A stretch of 63,588 bases of DNA, the filler included, from Bigelowiella natans CCMP2755 (taxonomy: Eukaryota > Protista > Cercozoa), in assembly GCA_000320545.1 (NCBI GenBank). It is 6 parts of 6 records of this genome, joined end to end, with 100 filler letters (N's around TTAATTAATTAA, not from the genome) between each part and the next. Parts side by side here need not be neighbours in the genome. Positions count along the whole stretch, not along the records: positions 1 to 31,859 come from ADNK01002061.1; 5 more parts are not named here. The stretch is one strand, 5' to 3'. This document shows positions 11,762 to 25,953 of the stretch, in pieces (within the stretch, counting starts at the first letter, position 1; each line of letters opens with the position of its first letter). A model generated the notes under the pieces. The model made no database searches, was not told the origin of the DNA, and saw nothing but the letters and a program-made list of their open reading frames with translations. The position numbers were made by a program, and so were the translations under genes.

Positions 11762-13542
11762 CTAGGATATTAATCGTCGCTGAGGGGTTTTATCCTTGCC
11801 CAAAGTTTTGGAGTCTGTATTGCAGAAGAGCCATTCCGTGAATTCTTTGTATTCTAATTGCTTGTCCTCGCCAGCAAAACAATAGAAAACTTCTTTTGAG
11901 ATGTCCTGTAGCGACGTAGCATGTGAAATAAGCAATGTTGTTCACATTAGAATACAACACATTAAAATACGTGATGTGTGTCATGGAGTTTATCTTCATT
12001 GCACCTTGCCAACCACGACGCCTAGTCTTTCCAACGTCTCCACCCATTCGGAGTACGAGATCGTTTCATTCTTGTTCTTATCAAAGAATTTGAACTAATG
12101 ATAAGAGAATCACATTGTCGTGTGAGCGTTTATCGCATATACGCAGAAAGGGCTACGGAACACTACCCATTTGTATAGCGTGGTGTTGATGTTTCCGAGG
12201 TGAGTATTGGACTTCTGTCGCACTTTTTCCTTCAGAATGTTCAACATGGTCTTCACCTTGGGATGATCTATAAAGTTAGGGCAAATATCAATCAATATTC
12301 CATCTGTACCGTCAGTCTGAACTTCGATGAAATTGTTTTTGCTCACAGAGATACGACGTTGTTATTGTTATGAGCATGCGGACAGCATCATCAGGAATGT
12401 CACTAATCGATAATAATAAAAATAATGATAATAATAATAATAGTACCTTTTCGGGATATTTTTACCGCTTTTTCTGGGACGCCCCAGACACCGGAGACGA
12501 TTTCACAAAACAAATCATCACTCGCAGGGACCTAATTGGGGGGAAGAGGAAAACTTCGTTTAACCACCTCTCTCACGTCCTGTTCAAATGATCTCCTCAC
12601 CGTTGCGTTCATTCGTGAATAATATTGGAGGAAGTCTTCGATGGTCAGGTAGCCTTTCTTTTCAGCTCCTTCAAACACGATTTTCATGCGGTCTTCTACG
12701 ATCTGAGCAACGCATGAGAAAGTATGGATGACGGCCATTCTTTAAATGGAAGTATATGGCAACATCGATTGTGAAGGGATTGCGCTTACATCTTCCGAGA
12801 GAATTGACGCTTTCACGCTTGGATGGCCAGCAGGATTAAACTGAGCCATCATTTCCTTATATTCAATTTTTTTATTTCCTGAAGTAAAATGAGTTTTCAT
12901 TATCGTCCGTAGCGAAGTTGTTGGGTTGTACAAGAACTCACCGTTTTTATCTATTTTATTGAAGATTTTTTGTAGCAATTCCAGTCTTCGCTTGCTGAAG
13001 TCTCCCTTTCAGTTATTGCAAGAATGCTTCAAATCAATCTGGACCTCAACGCGGGAAAAACATTTCATTACCTGCACAGCCTTCGAAAATGCCGAGATTG
13101 ATAGCTGCGACGTTCCATCAACGTCAAATGTTCGAATGAGGGTGCTCAGTTGCTGACGACACGTCGTACACAGGATTTAACACGGGCTACCATTTGAAAA
13201 GAAATGCTTTGGTTATGTACCACGAGGCTTAAGAAAACTCCAGACTTTGTAAGAGCGTTCATAAGTTCTATTTTAGACATTTTGTCTCCTTTGCCGAAGC
13301 TCTTCATCGTCTCCACCATATCAACAAAAGCTGTGAAGAAGAACAAATATGATGAGGCGTGAAGGGATCGTTCGAAAGAGCAACGAGGCCAAAATGATTT
13401 TCCGCACCATGTTCTCCAACATTGAGGAGCTGTATTTTGATTTCCTAAGTTTTCATAAGAAGAGATTGAGAAGGACACCGAGAGCTAAGGATCACATGCG
13501 AAGCAAAACCTGAAGAATGTCTTCTGGTTCGGTTGCAGCCAT
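11762..13542 (-). CDS. Calcyphosin-like multi-EF-hand protein, multi-exon
   Basis: IFNKIDKNGNKKIEYKEM, FNPAGHPSVK, GYLTIEDFLQYY, FKFFDKNKNETISYSEW; ATG at 13542 (MAATEPEDILQ); stop at 11762. Confidence 0.7.
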
Positions 13543-14261
13543 CGCTTGAAATGCTCTTCACGTCTGTCCGTCAATCTTTCGAGAGAATTAGAATGGCTCG
13601 CCAAAACTTCGTTCAGTCTTATAATGCTTCTGCACAAAACCCAGGATCACTGCGATTCCCTCACTTGCTCGCTCTGAGAACACACACTCCTTGCGAAAGA
13701 TGATAGATTGTACTCGCAGCCCAACCCAGCGGTCGTTTTTGGTGGATGTTTCCGGCTGTTTTCTTTTGTCCTGTCCGAAGGTACCCAGTCTTCGACCAAA
13801 GAAGCGATGGCGTCTGCGGTTTTTCGAAGGAGTTGCATTCCAAAAAAACCGACCGAGGCCAATTACGTCTGGAACAGGGAAAATGTCATTGTCGTTACAT
13901 TTCTTCACCCGGAACAATGGAAAACCACGAGTTGCGTTTCTTAACTCATCCAGCAGCGTTACCATTGCCGTTATTCTGCGGTGAGGTTTCACCGAGAACT
14001 TTGCGTCTCCACGAAATCTCCGGAATATGTTTTGGAGATCGCATGGGTATTATCTTGGTATAAGAGATCATACAGAGATTTCATGGTGCTGATAATACCG
14101 GGGTTTAAATGGGGAATCACGGGGCTGGTGGTGCCTCGAAAGCAAAGCTCGGACCGACAGGGTGCCACCATGTCAAAGAGATGGAATGGATGATGATTAG
14201 TGAACGATAATAATAATTAGGGCGATGACGCTGGCGATTAACCAAAATGATGATGATGATG

Positions 14262-14294
<33 letters not shown>

Positions 14295-14526
14295 CTGGTA
14301 TGATAATTATGAAGGTCGTTGTATGATGATGATGATGATGATGATGATGGAATTTAGATAATGGAGATAGCGTTGATGATGACGGTATGGTGGATGTTAG
14401 TGATGATACATATGATTGTGGAGACGATGACGGTGGTGGTTTAGAAGAAAAATAACGGATGAAACAAAAAGTCATGAAGAAATTCGATTTATATCTTAGG
14501 AGGATCATCCCTATTCCGGCACTACA

Positions 14527-14818
14527 ATGAGGGTCGGGTCCACCGCTCTGATCTTGCTCATAGCGAGCTCCGCTTTGGCCACAAGAGCGGGATTCTTCCA
14601 ACAAAATGGCGCCATGATTGATGCAAGCGCAGATACAAATACGCAAGAGGACTTCCATCCGGAACATATGCTGAAGGATGGGGCGAGCAAGCCTCGAAAT
14701 CTGACGGTTTTCATCCTACCGCATTCCCATGATGACCCGGGATGGGTTAGGACTGCTGATCAGTATTTTCAGGTGCCGAGGAGTTTTCGCATTTCACCTT
14801 GCAAACTTGAATCTAATG

Positions 14819-14853
<35 letters not shown>

Positions 14854-17686
14854 GTCGTACGTGTGCCCCTCTTGCTGCAATACAAAAGTTCTTCGTTCGC
14901 CCGATGTACACAACGGTCGTTGCTTCGCTTGTCAAGAATCCAGCAAGGAAGTTCCAAGTTGTTGAGGTGCCGTGTATGTATATACAACTACTATTACTTC
15001 TTCTTCTACTACTACTACTACAACAACAACAAATACTGCAGCGAACAAAAGAATTTTATCTTAGCAGAAGCTGACAACAGGAGGGGGCGGAGGAGGAGAA
15101 TGTTGGGGATTTGTGCAGAATGATTGTGCCGAATAATGATAATTCTTACACCAACACCGCAGGTTGTTTATTTCCGTAAATGGTACGAGATGGCCACTTC
15201 AGAGCAGCAGCAAAATGCCCACAAACTGGTGAAAACCGGGCAGCTGAACTTTGCGGTAGGGGGGTGGGTCATGCCTGACGAGGCGACCGTTGATTATCCG
15301 GATTTGATCAACACGATGTCCCTTGGCCACGAATGGCTATACGACACGTTCTCCGGTGTGCGGGTGAGACACGGCTTCCAAGTCGACCCGTTTGGCGCTT
15401 CTTCAGCCTTCGCGACTTTCAGCGCCAAACTCGGTTTCGAGACCCACCTTGTCGCGCGGCTGAACTACTACGACAAGGGCTGGATGCAGGATAACAAGGA
15501 GCTCGAGTTCGTTTGGAGACCGTCCCCGTCGCTGTACGCGTCGCCTGACCGAACGGAGATCTTCACGCATATCATGGATCAGTATCAGTACTCGGCGCCT
15601 GGAATCCCAACCGAAGTGCAGCTGGCCGAGCTTTGCGCCCCCCCCCACAACCGGACAGACTGCCCCGGCGGCGGGTTCTACTGGGACGGCGACGACGGCA
15701 ATCCGAACGCGTACTGGGCGGAGAAGTGGGAGGAGCAAGGATACGCGGTCTACCCGACCGTGAACGCCAGCAACGTGGAATTCTACTCCGATTTCCTGGT
15801 GAACAACTCGATTTCGAGGTCCTCCTGGTTCGCCACAGACAACCTCCTCTGGCCGTTCGGGACCGATTTCCAGCACTTCAACTCGACGTCGATGTTCAGC
15901 AGCATGGACAAGATCATCGAGCACGTCAACGCGCGCAACGGGGCGGGGCAGCGCTACGAGGGGGTGACGCTGCAGTACAGCAGCCTCGGCGACTACTTCG
16001 AAGCTGTGAGACGCGCGAAGCCAGAGGGGTGGTCAGTCAGGCATGGGGGCGACTTCTTGCCGTATTCCACACTGAACTGCAATGGGATCTCCTCCGACCC
16101 GCTCCCCAGCCCTTGCAGCGGAAACGCCGGCCCCCAGTTTAACGTCAGCTGGCCGCAAACATGGTCAGGATTCTTCTCCTCCCACGCCCGGCTCAAGATA
16201 CAGGCCAGAAAAGCGTCGAGGGAGCTTCGGAGCGGCAGCCAGCTGCTCTCCATCGCCGCCCTGGCGAAGTTGGAGGCCGATGGCGAGCAGCTCCAGAAGC
16301 CTATCGGCGCGGTAATGGCGTCCTCCGTGCACACGCTTCGGTCTGCCGTGGGGCTCGTCCCTCACCACGACGCCCTCAGCGGCACGATGGGGTCGGGCTG
16401 CGGCAACGACCCGAAGCTGGGCTACAAGAACATCTCGACTTGCGCTGCGCTGCCGATGGGAACGCTGGGAGACGCCGGCGCCGTCGCCAACGACTACGCG
16501 GACCGTATGCTCTCAGGCGCGGCGATGGTTGCCAAGCAGACCGAGGCCGCAGCGGCGTACATCCTGGACCCGGAGTCGAAGAACAAGTCGAAAGAGGAGA
16601 AGCTGTCGCTATCGGTGGACCCCGAGCATTTCTTCGCCGCGCTTAAAGAAGGCCGCGGCGCGTCGGCTGCGGTGCATAACCCCCTCGCCTGGAAGGTCGT
16701 ATCGTGGGTCCGCGTTGACGTGCCGACAAGCATGAAAAGCGCTCGTGTGCAGGACAGTCTCGGGGCTGAAGTTCCCAGCGATATTCTGCCTGGGGGCGCA
16801 TTGGAGTGCATCGGCGATGAGCGAATCAAGGCAATGTGTCGGCTCGCTGCTACTGAGCAAGGGCTTGCACGAGGAGAAACGGCGAAGAATAGCAGGGGCG
16901 ATGATGGTGATGGCGCGAACTCCTTGTACTTCCGAGCAGAAATGCCAGCTCTTGGCGTAGCGATCTTCAATGTTTTGCCGTCGGAGCAGGACACAGCAGC
17001 AGCAGCAGCAGCAGCGTCGGTGGAGCAGCAACCCGATGCAGTGATCGAGTCGCAGTACTTCAGCTTGAAGTTCCTTGGCGGCGTTCTTAGATCGATGAAG
17101 GACCTCTCCACCGGCATCGAGATGCAAATGGAGCAGACGATGGCCGAGTACAAGTCGTTCGCCTCGGTCAAGAACGTCACGTCGCCTTCCGCGGGTGGCG
17201 CTAACTCTTGGACGCTCACGTACACAGGATCGCGCTCGGGTTCCTACCTGCTGCATCCCTCCACGCTTTCGCCTGGAGGCGTAGCTGGGGCGTTCAAAAC
17301 GCCCAAGATGGAAGTGGTGCGTGGCAGTCATGTGACGGAGGTCAGGCAATGGTTTTCAGAGACGCACTCGCAAGTGTACCGCGTTTATACGAGTGAGAGG
17401 GATGAGCTTGCTGGCGGGTTTGTGGAGCTGCAGATGGGCGTTGGGCCTTTGGAGGGAAATCGGGAGCTCGTCGCGCGGTTTGATACGGATGGGGGCATTC
17501 CAACTGATAGGTGCTGTTTTGTGTGTAGCTTAGCGTGATGGTGGCTGTGGTGGTGATGGCGGTGATGGCGGTGATGATCTCTCTAGTTGTGGTTTTTTGG
17601 GGGAGGAGGATGATGATGATGATGGTGATGATGGAAGAGGCGATTTGGTGTATTACTTCCTATTATCCTGTTTCAATATGTTTGTG

Positions 17687-17734
<48 letters not shown>

Positions 17735-18971
17735 CGCGCGCGCTCGCCCATTTTTCGAGAGAGGGGTCAACGATGTACATGATATGATCTGCTTGAAAAA
17801 GTAAGGGGGGTTTTGGGAACAGTCCATCGAAACGCTTTCACAACACTTTCACAACACTTTCCCCAACACTTTCCTCAACATCCTCAGCGGAGCGGGCAGC
17901 GAGTTCCTGACTGATAGCAACGGGTTTCAGCTCCAGCGCCGCGTGTTCAGCCCGACCCGTTTCTTCCCGGACGGCACCTCCCAAGACGTGTCACCTGACG
18001 ACTCCTACACGCTGGCGCTGAACTTCTACCCGGTGGTGAGATCCGCGCACATCCGAGGACATGACCTGCAGCTCTCTGTCCTCACACAGCAGACCGGCGG
18101 CGCAACGTCAACCAGCTCAGGAAACCTGGAGATCATGGTGCATCGGCGCTCACTCCAAGATGACAGCAAGGGGGCATGCCAGGTCTTCAACGATACGACC
18201 GGCTCATACGCTACGATTCCCCTCGACGACTCAGAGGGCAACACCTGCACGCAGTTCGGGTGGGCAGGAACCTGCCGCGCCGACAACTGCCCGTCCTTCG
18301 CGGTGCCGATGAACATCTCAACGCGAGTCGAGCCGCTGATGTGGTTCGTGGCGGGCAAGCGTTCCACGTGCCAGGGCAGGTGGAGGCAGCTCTCGCAGCT
18401 GCTCAACAACAGGCCCTCCCTGCTGTTCTCCGGGAAGGCCCACTTCGACGTCAAGGCGTCCGCGCCGATGCGCCGCGCGGCGCTCCCGCTGGATGTGCAC
18501 CTGCTGACCCTGCAGCCGCGGACGGCAGACGGCATGTCGCAGCTGGTTCTCCGCCTGCAAAACATCCAAGAGATCGCGCCGGCTTCCTCGGCCGCGAACA
18601 ACGCCAGCGGCAGCGCGAACGGGCCGATTTCCATCGACTTCAACAAGGCGGGGCTCTGCGCCTTGCTCGGCAAGCGCGCGCGTGTTTCCGAGCGGGCGCT
18701 AAACAGCCTGCCTCTTGATAAGGATGGTTATGCGAGGAATATGTTCTCTGGCGATGAAACGAAGACGTTGGATTTGGTGGGGAGCCGCGGCGGCGCCGCC
18801 GCGGAGTTCAAGAGCGACGCGACCGGGCGAATTGACGCTCATCGTCAAGCCGCAGAGGGCACACAGCAGGTGACTGGGAGTCGCCGTTTTGACACGGAAG
18901 GCCGAGCTTGTGGCTTCAAGACTGAGATCTGGCCGCAGGACATCAAAACCTTCCTCATCACCTTGGAATAG
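14527..18971 (+). CDS. Alpha-mannosidase, GH38 (lysosomal/vacuolar type), 4 exons
   Basis: Signal peptide; PHSHDDPGW, GGWVMPDEA, QVDPFG (nucleophile), PFGTDF, WSGFFSS, HHDALSGT, TDSNG, LEIMVHRR. Exons ~14527-14772, 14889-14966, 15163-17510, 17888-18971. Confidence 0.93.
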
Positions 18972-19552
18972 ATTGCGGCTGTGGTAGCTACGCAATAATG
19001 CACCACCGTGGGGGGGTGATGGGCAAATGGATTCTTCGTCGGCACAGCGTTTAGGTGTGTGTCCGCATGCACATACGCTATGTTGAAAACGTGGTAATTC
19101 GCATATTTCCTGGTGTCGCTGGTGTTGCTTAAACTGCATCGCATGCATGGTGCGCACACTTGTGATTTATTATTAGTGCGTATAGCGACGCCCGTGTGGG
19201 CTACGCTAGTGCGCATCACACATGAATGTATCATCGTACTACTAGATCAGAGTGGCGGACGTCCTGCACCTTTTATCTGCCTAGCTATTAGGACTTGCAC
19301 AAGCCCAGCTATGCCGCCACTACGATACGCGGCAGTCAAAGTCATGCTATGCTCTAGATGCAAGTGGACTTCATCTAGCTAGGTCTAGCACACCGCTTAC
19401 ATGCTAGCATGCATGTAGCAGTTACGTACTGCACACATACATAATATCGCGCCTGCTATCTAGCTATAGATGGCTGGCACTGAATATATCAGTCTAGCAG
19501 TTCTAAAGTTCCCTGACTCACCGATGAGTACGTATACATTCTCTTAGTACTA

Positions 19553-19614
19553 TAATGTTGCATCTGTTGGTTGCATGAAACACATCGTGGCAGAAACCAA
19601 CAGATGCAACATTA
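19553..19614. repeat. Perfect 20-bp inverted repeat (hairpin or mini-MITE)
   Basis: TAATGTTGCATCTGTTGGTT-22 nt-AACCAACAGATGCAACATTA. Confidence 0.85.
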
Positions 19615-19998
19615 GCGCTGTAGCCGCTGCATTGCACAGCTACATCAGGATGACCATTGAAAAAATTTAATTCTTCATTACATCCGTCTCATATCTATTC
19701 ATAGGTAGCTATAGAGTAGGGCGGTGAGTCCAGGGAGAGCATCATTGCATATGCTACGCTCCACTTTAGTGCTTGATGACCTGGCGCCGCAAGCTAGGCT
19801 AGCTAGGCGGCCTAGATAGAGGCGGCGAAGCATTCCTTCACTCCGCGCATGCATTCTAGACATCGTTGATAAAAATGATCTATTAAGCGATCGGCCTTCG
19901 CTGGCATTACTGTACGATACGTCGTCATTCAAGCTAGCCACGCGCATGCATATTGTCATAATGTGTGCAGCATAGCAATAATCTATTTTCCTATCTAG

Positions 19999-20854
19999 CT
20001 ATGTGGTCTTCTCCAGCTTCGCCCTGAAGGTATACTTGAATACCACTTCGCTGGTCTGCATCAGGGCCTCGTCCATTCTTCTGGACACCGACGTCTTTGA
20101 AGCGTGACACATTTTCATTCTTTTGATTTTGCTCTTTTCGAAAGAACACTGGGCTTTGTTCTCCCCGACGGTGCCCTTCCTATTCTTTGATGTCACGGCC
20201 ATCGCGTTCAGAAGGCTCTTACGAGTGCGTTTGAAGATCTCGGTGATACAGGAGCGCGGGGTTCTGGAGGCTGGGGGGATTTTGAGAGGCCGCTTCTTGT
20301 GGGGGGTAAAATAAGGCGATTTCTGCTGAGAAAAGTACGGGCTCTGGACCGAGTGGGTTGGGGACGGGGAGGCGGACGATTCGATCGGGGGTGATGCTTG
20401 TGACGCAGCAGAAGAAGAAGAAGAAGAAGAAGAAGAAGAAGAAGAAGAGGAAGAGGAAGAGGACGGCGTGAAGAAAGGGACTGCACACGTTGATAGAGCT
20501 AGAGAGCAGGATAGAGACTTCTTAATTCCCCCAGAATTCTTTGATTGTCGCGTTTTGAGGGACTTTCTCGTCCCCCTCCTAGCGCCCCTGCCACAGTGGG
20601 GGGTATTCTTGACGGAACGGGGGGGGCGGAGATGAGGCGCATGGTCTCTAAACTCGGCTAATTCCGCTACGAAAAGTACCATGAAGCCCCATCCGCACCA
20701 TTCTCCAAGCCTGATGACGACAACGACGACGATGGTAGTGATGATGATGACGATGATGGTGATTGAATTGTGAAGGTACCGACCCACATATTCAGCACGT
20801 TCTCTCTGTAAGTCATTTTCTCGCTTAAATATTTAATGATATTATATATGTATT

Positions 20855-20892
<38 letters not shown>

Positions 20893-21065
20893 TTTATAAA
20901 TACATAATATAAATTATTCTTATAGCAGTGTACGACCTCTCTCGAAACGCTCGTGCGGCTTCGTCATACTGTGCTTGAAGGCTTGCGTCTGGGGCCAGAG
21001 ATTTGAGGTAAAACCTACGGATATGGAACGGCACCACACGAATATATTAATTGATATTATGTATA

Positions 21066-21146
<81 letters not shown>

Positions 21147-22047
21147 GTGTGTCTGGGATATTTAGGGTTGTACGGCTTGATCCCTATCACTTCTTTTTTG
21201 TCTGTTCGAAAGCACTTTCGTCCTACACCTCTTCCGAAACGCATATCTCGCACAGGCAGCCATTTCCATTTCGTGTTTACTACCTCATTACTGCAACAAC
21301 TACTACGACTACTACTACATCCTCTACCAGTACTCACAACGTGACAGCAGCGATGCAATGATGACGAAAACACCCCGATAACTCGCAACACTGCTTTTCA
21401 CCTCTTTGCCAGCTGCCAGGCGTGTGTGTCTATCGGGACAACGTCAAACCGGGCGAGGCCATACAACAGCACGCAATCCGCAACCTGTAATGTAGTAGTG
21501 TCGTTGAGAAGAGATCCTGACTTCGTTTTTCAATTGAGGAAGCACTCTCCCATCTCTGAGTCGTAACTGTATGTGCAGCTGCAACGACGAGAAATTCATA
21601 CGCCAACGAGCATCTCAACAGCTCCTGCCAATCCAAAACCCCCCCCCCCCCCCCCCCGGGAGGGGAATCATCTGCGGTGGCACGGTAGGAGAACGTCTCG
21701 AAACGGTTTACTCTCAAGTTCCATATATCGTAATTTCGAGAGTTGAGCTGCCTTTTCAATTCTCCTACACAAAAAACGCTCAAAATTGCCCACCCCCCCC
21801 GCCCTGCACATACCTTATCGCCCACTCCAGGCAGCGCTTTAAGCCTGGCCCTCGCTGTAAGCGTATCGTCTTCCCTGAGCTTTTCCAGATAGCTCATTCC
21901 TCCATTATCAGACACAAATCGGACGAGTTTCACCACGCTCTCGGATCGATAGCCCCACCCGAGTTTTCGCAGCCTCGCAGCTGTTAACAACTGCATTTGC
22001 TCGATGGAGGGAAAGCGATGAAGCTTCACGCCGTCGGGATTGCCTGC

Positions 22048-22093
<46 letters not shown>

Positions 22094-22997
22094 TGATGGG
22101 TGGGGGCAAGATTAAGCGCCAGTCGTCGCGTGATTTCATTGGAGAAACAACGGGAACTACCTATTTCATTCTCAGGGAAATCCCTTTTGAGGCTAGTCAT
22201 CATCTGGCACGTGCGTTTGACTGTGTTCCAACACGATCCAACAAATCCAACGACACATTCGAATATGTTATCGACGCATATCACCTGGAAGATTAAGTAG
22301 CAGCGAGAATGACATAAGCTCGGCCAAAAGAGCGTGAAATGCCTTTCCAATCATTTCGTACCCTGATTCCTGGATATGCCCTCTCTCGAGCTGCAAGCTG
22401 GGGATCTCCCTCCTCCAGCCATTTATTTGCAAAGGCAGAGCGATTGACGTGGAGATTTAAAAACGTCCGCATCGTCTTGTCAGCAGCTTCAAGCCGCGAT
22501 GAGCCTTTTTCAAGGAAGGATATGTGGTGACGACGAGAGAAGACCAAGAATACATGACCGTTTCTGAAAATGTTCGATACCGTCCGCGTTGTCAGCGCTA
22601 TTGCTTGGAACCCACATATGATAGCTAACGTCATCTGCCGTCTCTCGGAGCACGAGTATGGTTTCATCGTTTATCACCCCAGTCCTGAATGGAATAGCGA
22701 TGCTGGTCAAAGAGAAGCGAGGATAGGCGAAGTTCACATCGAATGGTTTGTACCAGTGCCCCGTTCCCAGTCTATGCCATGTGAAAGCTGCGTGGTAGTG
22801 TAGTTGCATTCGATTGATATCTTCTCACGAACGATTAGTTGATATGCTTTTTATGACTTACTTTGTCCACTGGCCAGACTCACATCTAGCCGTAGATCCC
22901 TAGCAGCCACGCCCAAATACCTCACTCCGTGCCTGGGGACACGGATGATTTTTGGGCTCACCGCTTTCCCCGCATTCCCTTCCCTAGATTCGCCCAT
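19999..22997 (-). CDS. OGG1: 8-oxoguanine DNA glycosylase (HhH-GPD family) with Ser-rich C-terminal extension
   Basis: DLRLDVSLASGQ, YPGIRV, LGWGYRS, LKALPGVGDKVADCVLLYG (helix-hairpin-helix), LGEWCGWGFMVLFVAEL. The terminal exon corresponds to ORF 19999-~20710. Confidence 0.85.
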
Positions 22998-23545
22998 CTG
23001 GTAGGGCTAGGGCTAGCCCGCCAGCATTATGCATTGCCGCGAAAAGACGGAGGGTTTTTGGCTATTTGGCTATGGCGCGCGACTAAAATGCTATGGATTT
23101 TAACGGTCTAAATGCTAATTTCTCTCTCCTAACATGGGAAAATAGGACAGAGCCTTTTTTCATTCCGAAATGACAGTTTCTGCAAATAAATGATGGAGAA
23201 ACATCGTAAACTTTAAGGAAGTTTTCCTCTTCTCCGGCTTTGCCGCGAGTTGTCCTCCAAGGCCTTGTCGCTGCCTCCCATTGGGCCACGCTTCCTCCGA
23301 TCAACAACGGAGGGAATTTCTCCTTATGTACACTAACGACAAATTTATGTAATAAATCTCAGTAAAAATCGCCTGTATTTAGGCGATAAAGGAGATGTTA
23401 TCAGCGGGATCAGTCTTACGGTCGTAGTAGTCGCCACTACCTGAAAGTCCGCTACGTCTGTCCGCCCCCCTCCTTCCCAAGGACCGAGAAGCACCGCGCA
23501 AGAAACCTGAAACACAGAAAAGGGAGTTGAATAAGCAAACGCAAA

Positions 23546-24422
23546 ATGAGCAAGAAGAAGGGAAAAGTAGAGGAGAAGGTCCCCTCCACGCGCCATCGAA
23601 TGGCCGGCAACTTGTCCTGATGCCCGGTGTTTGTTTGTGTGCTAGGTGATGTTTGGAAAGCCAAAGAACAACGTCACCATCGGACTCGTCGGCCTGCCGA
23701 ACGTCGGCAAGAGTTCTACATTCAACCTGCTGGGAAAGCTGCAGGTCTCCTTTCTACTTTAACGAACCCCGCTCTCCTCATGTTGCGCCAAGCATCACCC
23801 TTCCCTCACCATAAACATCTCCAATTCAGGTGCCTGCAGAAAACTACCCGTTCTGTACAATCGATCCTTCGGTCACGTCCGTGATTGTACCAGACGAGGT
23901 GATTGATGTTAGGTTGATAGTTTCGCGCTGCTGCACTCAGTGATTTCGCTAATCAACGACGGCGGGCAGAGAACTGCTGAGCGTGGATACGAGAGGCTAA
24001 AAATGATACATGTTCATACACCACAGAGATTTGACCACCTCGTGGAAATGTGGAAGCCTAAGAGCGAAGTCCAAGCTGTGTTGGCAGTCACTGACATTGC
24101 GGGACTCGTCAAGGGGGCAGCTGAGGTACGAGAGAACCAGAAGAGAGAGGGGGGTGGGGGAGGGGAGAATACTAACAAGGAGTAATGATGACATGAAAAT
24201 GAAAATGTGATTGTAGGGTAAGGGTCTCGGAAATGAGTTTCTTTCCAACATCTCGGCTGTGGACGCCATTTTTCACGTCGTGAGGAAGTTCCCAGGAAAG
24301 AAAGTCGAGCACGTTGAGGTAGCAGTAGTGCTAGTAGCCTCAGCTCACTCGACGACACTAAAATACACCGTTTCACCTCGTAGCATCTTCATCGGAATCC
24401 GAGGCCAAAACACAAAAACACA

Positions 24423-24462
<40 letters not shown>

Positions 24463-24661
24463 AATCCTCCTCGTACACTTTTTCAGGGCGACATCGATCC
24501 AACGCGTGACCTCGCTATCATCCGCACCGAACTGCAAAAGAAGGTGAATATATATAGTAGTACCTGATAAAAGAGATCAGTTGGAGTAGAGAAACACAAT
24601 TTTTATTCATCCTACATCGTATCAACGTGGCACTACTCAGGCGTTGGTGGCTTAGCGCGCG

Positions 24662-24708
<47 letters not shown>

Positions 24709-25243
24709 GCGTAGATCACCCCCTCCCCCCCCCCCCCCCTCCCTTGCAACCAGGATACGGAACGTGTCAAAGGAGCCCTCGAAGCTGAGCAGAAGAAGAT
24801 TCGAAGCAGAAAGCCGAACAAGGAGGAGGAAATGAAGGTAACGAGTGTTTTATTGCATGTTTTTTATGCTGTATGATGATGATGATGATGACGATGAGGA
24901 GGAGGATGAACAACGCTAACGATGGCGCCGACGCGGTGGGCCCTCGTTCCATTCATTCACACATCTGATCTACTCCTTAACGCTTTCAGCTTGGCGCTCT
25001 CCAAAAAGTCATCGACTGCTTGGCGGCGGGGCAAGACATCCGATTTGGAGAGTGGCTCTCCAAGGAAGTCGCTTACCTCAACCAATTTAACTTTCTCACA
25101 GGTAGCAGCATTCTTCGATGCGACGATGCGCTGGCCGAACATCTAGTGTTAGCGGTCTGCGCGGCGGCATGGCACGTCCGTTGCGTCTCCTCACGGATGA
25201 TGATGCGACGATAGATTCCCAACGAATCAGACTACATCGAGAG

Positions 25244-25283
<40 letters not shown>

Positions 25284-25301
25284 CAACTACTACCCATATA
25301 T

Positions 25302-25369
<68 letters not shown>

Positions 25370-25506
25370 CTTCAGCGAAACCGGTCGTTTACCTTGTGAA
25401 CATCGGCATGAAAGCCTTCAAGGAAGGCAAGGGCCCCGGAAAGAAAATCACGAAATGGGTAGAGGAGAACACGCCTGGAGAGCCAATCATTGGGTGAGGA
25501 GTGCGT

Positions 25507-25554
<48 letters not shown>

Positions 25555-25911
25555 ACATCCTCCTCCTCTGTTGGGAAAAATTCGTGCTCTGTGCGGATTT
25601 GCGTGGTTATTGAAAATGCGTCATATCACAGATATTCAGCCAAGTATGAGCAAGCCTACGCCAAGCTAGACCCTGAGAAGCAGGCCAAACTTGTGAAGGT
25701 AGTTGCTGTTTTCCTTCTCGGATGTGCTTTTTGAGTAACATGGGAGCGGGAATGCTGACGATGTTTCTTCACCCGTCTCTTCAGAAAGGCGTTGGGAGTG
25801 TTATCCCGCAAATCATCTGGGCAGGATACCGTGCGCTCAATTTGATACACTTCTTCACCACCGGGAAAGACGAGGTTGTACTTGCATGATGCTCTATCGA
25901 GGTGTTGTGTG

Positions 25912-25953
<42 letters not shown>

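Noticed and set aside
15403-18718. Long antisense and alternate-frame ORFs over the mannosidase
   Set aside because: Shadow ORFs of GC-rich coding exons.
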